The position numbers and the translations under genes were made by a program. Below, in pieces: positions 57,538 through 64,000 of a stretch of 64,000 bases of DNA. Below the pieces are notes generated by a model, which was given only the letters and a program-made list of their open reading frames with translations, was not told the DNA's origin and ran no database searches. How positions within the stretch are numbered: position 1 is the first letter of the stretch; every line of letters begins with the position of its first letter. Source of the DNA: Escherichia coli (lineage in GTDB: Bacteria; Pseudomonadota; Gammaproteobacteria; Enterobacterales; Enterobacteriaceae); NCBI RefSeq assembly GCF_024502345.1, contig NZ_JALDNN010000001.1; one strand, given 5' to 3'.

Positions 57538-58389
57538 ATGGGTAAGTTAGCGTTAGCCGCCAAGATCACGCACGTACCGTCGATGTATCTCTCTGAACTG
57601 CCAGGGAAAAACCACGGTTGCCGCCAGGGCGCGATCGACGGGCATAAAGAGATCAGCAAGCGTTGCCGGGAAATGGGCGTCGATACCATTATCGTTTTCG
57701 ACACCCACTGGCTGGTCAACAGTGCTTATCACATCAACTGTGCAGACCATTTTGAAGGCGTCTACACCAGTAACGAACTGCCGCATTTTATTCGTGACAT
57801 GACCTACAACTACGAGGGCAACCCGGAGTTGGGGCAGCTTATTGCCGATGAAGCCTTAAAGCTCGGCGTGCGGGCGAAAGCGCACAACATTCCCAGCCTC
57901 AAACTGGAGTACGGCACGCTGGTACCGATGCGCTACATGAATGAAGACAAGCGCTTCAAAGTGGTCTCCATTTCGGCTTTCTGCACGGTTCACGATTTTG
58001 CCGACAGCCGCAAGCTGGGCGAAGCGATTCTGAAAGCGATCGAACAGTACGACGGCACCGTGGCGGTCCTTGCCAGCGGTTCGTTATCGCACCGCTTTAT
58101 TGACGATCAGCGTGCAGAAGAAGGGATGAACAGCTACACCCGCGAGTTCGACCGTCAGATGGACGAGCGCGTGGTGAAGTTGTGGCGCGAAGGCCAGTTC
58201 AAAGAGTTCTGCAATATGCTGCCGGAGTACGCCGACTACTGCTACGGCGAAGGCAATATGCACGACACGGTGATGCTGCTGGGGATGCTCGGCTGGGATA
58301 AATACGACGGCAAGGTGGAGTTTATCACCGAGCTATTCCCAAGCTCTGGCACCGGTCAGGTTAACGCTGTTTTCCCGCTTCCCGCGTAA
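57538..58389 (+). CDS. hpaD: Homoprotocatechuate (3,4-dihydroxyphenylacetate) 2,3-dioxygenase
   Basis: 283 aa extradiol dioxygenase-like. Confidence 0.85.
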   Translation: MGKLALAAKITHVPSMYLSELPGKNHGCRQGAIDGHKEISKRCREMGVDTIIVFDTHWLVNSAYHINCADHFEGVYTSNELPHFIRDMTYNYEGNPELGQLIADEALKLGVRAKAHNIPSLKLEYGTLVPMRYMNEDKRFKVVSISAFCTVHDFADSRKLGEAILKAIEQYDGTVAVLASGSLSHRFIDDQRAEEGMNSYTREFDRQMDERVVKLWREGQFKEFCNMLPEYADYCYGEGNMHDTVMLLGMLGWDKYDGKVEFITELFPSSGTGQVNAVFPLPA

Positions 58390-58398
58390 GGACGTTTT

Positions 58399-58779
58399 AT
58401 GCCGCACTTTATCGTTGAATGCAGTGACAACATCCGCGAAGAAGCCGACCTGCCGGGGTTGTTCGCCAAAGTGAATCCGACGCTGGCAGCCACGGGTATT
58501 TTTCCGCTGGCGGGTATTCGCAGCCGCGTGCATTGGGTCGATACCTGGCAGATGGCCGACGGGCAGCGTGATTATGCCTTCGTGCATATGACGTTGAAAA
58601 TCGGCGCAGGTCGCAGCCTGGAAAGCCGTCAGCAGGCGGGTGAAATGCTGTTTGAACTGATTAAAACGCACTTCGCCGCCCTGATGGAGAGCCGCCTGCT
58701 GGCGTTGTCGTTTGAGATTGAAGAGCTGCATCCGACGCTGAATTTTAAACAAAACAACGTGCACGCATTGTTTAAGTAG
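58399..58779 (+). CDS. hpaF: 5-carboxymethyl-2-hydroxymuconate isomerase
   Basis: 126 aa [18 protein letters not shown]... Confidence 0.85.
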   Translation: MPHFIVECSDNIREEADLPGLFAKVNPTLAATGIFPLAGIRSRVHWVDTWQMADGQRDYAFVHMTLKIGAGRSLESRQQAGEMLFELIKTHFAALMESRLLALSFEIEELHPTLNFKQNNVHALFK

Positions 58780-58789
58780 CGCGCAGATT

Positions 58790-58875
58790 GCCCGGTGGCG
58801 CTGCGCTTACCGGGCCTACAAAACCCCAAACCGTACACCGTAGGCCGGATAAGGCGCAGCCGCATCCGGCAATGC
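58790..58875. repeat. REP element
   Basis: GCCGGATGCGGCTGCGCCTTATCCGGCCTACG units. Confidence 0.6.
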
Positions 58876-58889
58876 CACAGGATATCGCT

Positions 58890-59693
58890 ATGTTCGATAA
58901 ACATACCCACACCCTGATCGCCCAGCGTCTGGATCAGGCAGAAAAACAGCGCGAACAGATCCGCGCGATCTCACTGGATTACCCGGAGATCACCATCGAA
59001 GACGCTTACGCGGTGCAGCGCGAATGGGTTCGCCTGAAAATCGCCGAAGGTCGCACGCTGAAAGGCCACAAAATCGGCCTGACCTCGAAAGCGATGCAGG
59101 CAAGCTCGCAGATCAGCGAACCGGATTACGGCGCGCTGCTGGATGACATGTTCTTCCACGATGGCAGCGATATCCCGACCGATCGCTTTATCGTGCCGCG
59201 CATTGAAGTGGAGCTGGCTTTCGTGCTGGCAAAACCGCTGCGTGGGCCAAACTGCACGCTGTTCGACGTCTACAACGCCACGGACTACGTGATCCCGGCG
59301 CTGGAGCTGATCGACGCTCGCTGCCACAACATCGATCCGGAAACCCAGCGCCCGCGCAAAGTGTTCGACACCATTTCTGATAACGCCGCCAACGCCGGGG
59401 TGATCCTCGGTGGTCGTCAGATCAAACCAGACGAACTGGATCTGCGTTGGATCTCCGCCCTGATGTATCGCAATGGCGTGATTGAAGAAACCGGCGTCGC
59501 CGCTGGCGTGCTGAATCATCCGGCAAACGGCGTGGCCTGGCTGGCGAACAAACTCGCACCGTATGACGTACAACTGGAAGCCGGGCAAATCATTCTCGGT
59601 GGTTCGTTCACCCGCCCGGTTCCGGCGCGTAAGGGCGACACCTTCCACGTCGATTACGGCAACATGGGTTCCATTAGCTGCCGCTTTGTTTAA
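58890..59693 (+). CDS. hpaH: 2-oxo-hept-4-ene-1,7-dioate hydratase
   Basis: 267 aa from [19 protein letters not shown]... Confidence 0.85.
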   Translation: MFDKHTHTLIAQRLDQAEKQREQIRAISLDYPEITIEDAYAVQREWVRLKIAEGRTLKGHKIGLTSKAMQASSQISEPDYGALLDDMFFHDGSDIPTDRFIVPRIEVELAFVLAKPLRGPNCTLFDVYNATDYVIPALELIDARCHNIDPETQRPRKVFDTISDNAANAGVILGGRQIKPDELDLRWISALMYRNGVIEETGVAAGVLNHPANGVAWLANKLAPYDVQLEAGQIILGGSFTRPVPARKGDTFHVDYGNMGSISCRFV

Positions 59694-59703
59694 GGAGAGA
59701 ACG

Positions 59704-60492
59704 ATGGAAAACAGCTTTAAAGCGGCGCTGAAAGCAGGCCGTCCGCAGATCGGATTATGGCTGGGGCTGAGTAGCAGCTACAGCGCAGAGTTACTGGCCG
59801 GAGCAGGATTCGACTGGTTGTTGATCGACGGTGAGCACGCGCCGAATAACGTGCAAACCGTGCTCACCCAGCTACAGGCGATTGCGCCCTACCCCAGCCA
59901 GCCGGTAGTACGTCCGTCGTGGAACGATCCGGTGCAAATCAAACAACTGCTGGACGTCGGCACACAAACCTTGCTGGTGCCGATGGTACAAAACGCTGAC
60001 GAAGCCCGTGAAGCGGTACGCGCCACCCGTTATCCCCCCGCCGGTATTCGCGGTGTGGGCAGTGCGCTGGCCCGCGCCTCGCGCTGGAATCGTATTCCTG
60101 ATTACCTGCAAAAAGCCAACGATCAAATGTGCGTGCTGGTGCAGATCGAAACGCGTGAGGCAATGAAGAACTTACCGCAGATTCTGGACGTGGAAGGAGT
60201 CGACGGCGTGTTTATCGGCCCGGCGGATCTGAGCGCCGATATGGGTTATGCCGGTAATCCGCAGCACCCGGAAGTACAGGCCGCCATTGAGCAGGCGATC
60301 GTGCAGATCCGCGAAGCGGGCAAAGCGCCGGGGATCCTGATCGCCAATGAGCAACTGGCAAAACGCTATCTGGAACTGGGCGCGCTGTTTGTCGCCGTCG
60401 GCGTTGACACCACCCTGCTCGCCCGCGCCGCCGAAGCGCTGGCAGCACGGTTTGGCGCGCAGGCTACAGCGATTAAGCCCGGCGTGTATTAA
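59704..60492 (+). CDS. hpaI: 2,4-dihydroxyhept-2-ene-1,7-dioate aldolase
   Basis: 262 aa from [20 protein letters not shown]... Confidence 0.85.
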   Translation: MENSFKAALKAGRPQIGLWLGLSSSYSAELLAGAGFDWLLIDGEHAPNNVQTVLTQLQAIAPYPSQPVVRPSWNDPVQIKQLLDVGTQTLLVPMVQNADEAREAVRATRYPPAGIRGVGSALARASRWNRIPDYLQKANDQMCVLVQIETREAMKNLPQILDVEGVDGVFIGPADLSADMGYAGNPQHPEVQAAIEQAIVQIREAGKAPGILIANEQLAKRYLELGALFVAVGVDTTLLARAAEALAARFGAQATAIKPGVY

Positions 60493-60499
60493 TGTCGAA

Positions 60500-60640
60500 T
60501 GCGTTGCGCTTATCCGGCCTACACGCGCACCAAATCGTAGGCCTGATAAGGCGTTACGCCGCATCCGGCAAAAAGCCGTACCAAATCGCGGACCGGATAA
60601 GGCGTTTACGCCGCATCCGCCATAAACCTTGTCGTACCCT
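60500..60640. repeat. BIME/REP elements
   Basis: Three GCCGGATAAGGCG/GCATCCGGC-type units. Confidence 0.6.
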
Positions 60641-60666
60641 ACAAAAATCCCATTAGAGGAAGAAAA

Positions 60667-62043
60667 ATGAGCGACACCTCACCTGCCATACCGGAGAGTA
60701 TCGATCCGGCGAATCAGCATAAAGCGCTGACTGCCGGACAACAGGCGGTTATTAAGAAGCTATTTCGCCGCCTGATCGTCTTTCTGTTCGTGCTGTTTAT
60801 CTTCTCGTTCCTTGATCGCATCAACATTGGTTTTGCCGGACTAACTATGGGACGCGACCTCGGTCTGAGCGCCACCATGTTTGGCCTCGCTACCACCCTG
60901 TTCTACGCCGCTTATGTCATCTTCGGCATTCCCAGCAACATTATGCTGAGTATTGTCGGTGCGCGGCGCTGGATCGCCACCATCATGGTGCTTTGGGGCA
61001 TCGCCTCTACTGCCACCATGTTTGCCACTGGCCCCACCAGCTTATACATACTGCGTATACTGGTTGGCATTACCGAAGCCGGCTTTCTGCCTGGCATTCT
61101 GCTCTATTTAACCTTCTGGTTTCCGGCCTATTTCCGCGCCCGTGCCAACGCCTTGTTTATGGTGGCAATGCCGGTAACGACAGCGTTGGGATCGATCGTT
61201 TCCGGCTACATTTTGTCGCTGGATGGCGTAATGGCATTAAAAGGCTGGCAGTGGCTGTTTTTGCTGGAAGGCTTCCCGTCGGTATTACTCGGCGTCATGG
61301 TATGGTTCTGGCTTGATGACTCACCGGACAAAGCTAACTGGCTGACGAAAGAAGACAAAAAATGCCTGCAAGAGATGATGGATAATGATCGTCTGACGCT
61401 GGTTCAGCCAGAGGGAGCCATCAGCCACCACGCTATGCAACAACGCAGCATGTGGCGGGAGATCTTCACTCCGGTGGTGATGATGTATACCCTGGCGTAT
61501 TTCTGCCTGACCAACACACTTAGTGCGATCAGCATCTGGACACCGCAGATCCTGCAAAGCTTCAATCAGGGCAGCAGTAATATCACCATCGGTCTGCTGG
61601 CCGCCGTACCGCAGATTTGTACCATTCTCGGGATGGTCTACTGGAGCCGTCACTCAGATCGCTGCCAGGAACGAAGGCATCACACCGCCCTTCCTTATTT
61701 GTTCGCTGCCGCTGGTTGGTTACTGGCTTCGGCAACTGATCACAACATGATCCAGATGCTGGGGATCATTATGGCTTCGACCGGATCATTCAGCGCAATG
61801 GCGATTTTCTGGACAACACCGGATCAGTCCATCAGCCTGCGGGCACGAGCGATCGGTATTGCGGTGATCAACGCCACTGGCAACATTGGTTCAGCATTAA
61901 GTCCGTTTATGATCGGCTGGTTGAAAGATCTGACCGGCAGCTTTAACAGTGGATTGTGGTTTGTTGCCGCGCTGCTGGTGATTGGTGCAGGGATTATCTG
62001 GGCAATTCCAATGCAGTCCTCCCGTCCGCGAGCGACCCCGTAA
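60667..62043 (+). CDS. hpaX: 4-hydroxyphenylacetate permease (MFS)
   Basis: 458 aa, 12 predicted TM helices. Confidence 0.85.
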   Translation: MSDTSPAIPESIDPANQHKALTAGQQAVIKKLFRRLIVFLFVLFIFSFLDRINIGFAGLTMGRDLGLSATMFGLATTLFYAAYVIFGIPSNIMLSIVGARRWIATIMVLWGIASTATMFATGPTSLYILRILVGITEAGFLPGILLYLTFWFPAYFRARANALFMVAMPVTTALGSIVSGYILSLDGVMALKGWQWLFLLEGFPSVLLGVMVWFWLDDSPDKANWLTKEDKKCLQEMMDNDRLTLVQPEGAISHHAMQQRSMWREIFTPVVMMYTLAYFCLTNTLSAISIWTPQILQSFNQGSSNITIGLLAAVPQICTILGMVYWSRHSDRCQERRHHTALPYLFAAAGWLLASATDHNMIQMLGIIMASTGSFSAMAIFWTTPDQSISLRARAIGIAVINATGNIGSALSPFMIGWLKDLTGSFNSGLWFVAALLVIGAGIIWAIPMQSSRPRATP

Positions 62044-62052
62044 GGAACGACG

Positions 62053-62943
62053 ATGTGTGACCGTCAGATTGCCAATATTGATATCAGCAAAGAGTACGAT
62101 GAAAGCCTGGGCACGGACGATGTGCATTATCAGTCGTTCGCCCGCATGGCGGCATTTTTTGGCCGCCATATGCTGCCACATCGCCACGAACAGTACTTTC
62201 AGATGCATTTCCTCAATAGCGGACAGATTGAGCTACAGCTTGACGATCATCGCTACTCGGTGGAAGCGCCCCTGTTTGTCCTGACGCCGCCGTCAGTACC
62301 TCATGCGTTTATTACGGAGTCTGACGCCGACGGTCATGTGTTGACGGTACGGGAAGATCTGATCTGGCCCCTGCTGGAAGTTCTTTATCCAGGCACTCGG
62401 GAAACCTTCGGCCTGCCGGGGATTTGCCTGTCACTGGCAGATAAACCCGACGAACTGGCGGCGCTGGAACACTATTGGCAACTGATAGAGCGGGAATCGG
62501 TGGAACAACTGCCTGGACGGGAACACACCCTGACGTTACTGGCACAGGCAGTGTTCACCCTACTGCTGCGTAACGCAAAACTCGACGATCATGCCACCAG
62601 CGGAATGCGCGGAGAATTAAAACTGTTCCAGCGTTTTAATATGCTGATTGAAAGCCATTTTCATCAGCACTGGACAGTACCGGATTACGCTAACGAACTG
62701 CATATCACCGAATCACGCCTCACGGACATCTGCCGCCGCTTTGCCAACCGTCCGCCAAAACGGTTGATTTTCGACAGGCAGCTGCGAGAAGCCAAACGGC
62801 TGCTGCTGTTTTCTGATAACGCCGTGAACAATATTGCCTGGCAACTCGGTTTTAAGGATCCGGCTTATTTTGCGCGCTTTTTTAATCGCTTAGTCGGTTG
62901 CTCGCCCAGTGCTTATCGTGCCAAAAAAGTACCTGTGACGTGA
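62053..62943 (+). CDS. hpaA: AraC/XylS-family activator of hpaBC
   Basis: 296 aa; C-terminal AraC HTH. Confidence 0.85.
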   Translation: MCDRQIANIDISKEYDESLGTDDVHYQSFARMAAFFGRHMLPHRHEQYFQMHFLNSGQIELQLDDHRYSVEAPLFVLTPPSVPHAFITESDADGHVLTVREDLIWPLLEVLYPGTRETFGLPGICLSLADKPDELAALEHYWQLIERESVEQLPGREHTLTLLAQAVFTLLLRNAKLDDHATSGMRGELKLFQRFNMLIESHFHQHWTVPDYANELHITESRLTDICRRFANRPPKRLIFDRQLREAKRLLLFSDNAVNNIAWQLGFKDPAYFARFFNRLVGCSPSAYRAKKVPVT

Positions 62944-63193
62944 AAATCCCTTAGCCTTAACGGGAAACCAGGCACCACCTGCTATTCCCCTTTCTCCGCC
63001 TGGAGCAAGGGGATTTAGTAACGTTAAAAATAGCTAAAAGCGACCTCGATCACAAAACCGTACCCGACCTGAAAAGTACCAGCCATTGTCCCAAAAGTCT
63101 CTTCCCGTAATCGCCCCTGCAAGCTTCAATTGAATAACAAAAACAACACACAAAATTAACAATCGTATTCCGATTAATACTGTAGAGGTCGAC

Positions 63194-64000
63194 ATGAAAC
63201 CAGAAGATTTCCGCGCCAGTACCCAACGTCCGTTCACCGGGGAAGAGTATCTGAAAAGCCTGCAGGATGGTCGCGAGATCTATATCTATGGCGAGCGAGT
63301 GAAAGACGTCACCACTCATCCGGCATTTCGTAATGCGGCAGCGTCTGTTGCCCAACTGTACGACGCGCTACACAAACCGGAGATGCAGGACTCTCTGTGC
63401 TGGAACACCGACACCGGTAGCGGCGGCTATACCCATAAATTCTTCCGCGTGGCGAAAAGTGCCGACGACCTGCGCCAGCAACGCGACGCCATCGCTGAGT
63501 GGTCACGCCTGAGCTATGGCTGGATGGGCCGCACCCCAGACTACAAAGCCGCTTTCGGTTGCGCACTGGGCGCGAATCCGGGCTTTTACGGTCAGTTCGA
63601 GCAGAACGCCCGTAACTGGTATACCCGTATTCAGGAAACTGGCCTCTACTTTAACCACGCGATTGTTAACCCACCGATCGATCGTCATTTGCCGACCGAT
63701 AAAGTAAAAGACGTTTACATCAAGCTGGAAAAAGAGACTGACGCCGGGATTATCGTCAGCGGTGCGAAAGTGGTTGCCACCAACTCGGCGCTGACTCACT
63801 ACAACATGATTGGCTTCGGCTCGGCACAAGTAATGGGCGAAAACCCGGACTTCGCACTGATGTTCGTTGCGCCAATGGATGCCGATGGCGTGAAATTAAT
63901 CTCCCGCGCCTCTTATGAGATGGTCGCGGGTGCTACCGGCTCGCCGTACGACTACCCGCTCTCCAGCCGCTTCGATGAGAACGATGCAATCCTGGTGATG
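63194..64000 (+). CDS. hpaB: 4-hydroxyphenylacetate 3-monooxygenase oxygenase component, 5' partial (runs off the window)
   Basis: MKPEDFRASTQRPFTGEEYLKSLQDGREIYIYGERVKDVTTHPAFRNAA...; open to window end. Confidence 0.85.
   Translation, partial: MKPEDFRASTQRPFTGEEYLKSLQDGREIYIYGERVKDVTTHPAFRNAAASVAQLYDALHKPEMQDSLCWNTDTGSGGYTHKFFRVAKSADDLRQQRDAIAEWSRLSYGWMGRTPDYKAAFGCALGANPGFYGQFEQNARNWYTRIQETGLYFNHAIVNPPIDRHLPTDKVKDVYIKLEKETDAGIIVSGAKVVATNSALTHYNMIGFGSAQVMGENPDFALMFVAPMDADGVKLISRASYEMVAGATGSPYDYPLSSRFDENDAILVM

Overview
Escherichia coli-type chromosomal segment. Gene identities are from reading the translated ORFs against remembered E. coli proteins; no database search was run, and hand-counted coordinates may be off by 1-2 bp. 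Backbone order: nadR-radA-serB-ytjB-lplA / deoDBAC / yjjI-yjjW-yjjV-yjjU-ytjA-osmY-prfC / yjjG-rimI-holD-rsmC-three tRNA-Leu-yjjZ-fhuF-bglJ-yjjQ-yjjPB-dnaTC-yjjA-opgB-lgoDRT-tsr, then the hpa (4-hydroxyphenylacetate) cluster running off the window. Three accessory insertions stand out against the K-12 layout as I recall it: (1) a ~16.8 kb degraded lambdoid (Qin-like) prophage with a P4-type integrase, inserted in the 5' end of prfC and flanked by a 14-bp direct repeat; (2) an IS30 copy splitting yjjQ upstream of bglJ; (3) the hpa cluster next to tsr. yjjJ is absent between lplA and deoD, where a short amber-interrupted HTH reading frame sits instead. The most interesting candidates are inside the prophage: a SIR2-like ORF between int and cI, a macro-domain ORF embedded in the tail-fibre/Pin module, and a LexA-boxed dinI-like gene beside the rebuilt prfC start. 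No CRISPR array was seen.
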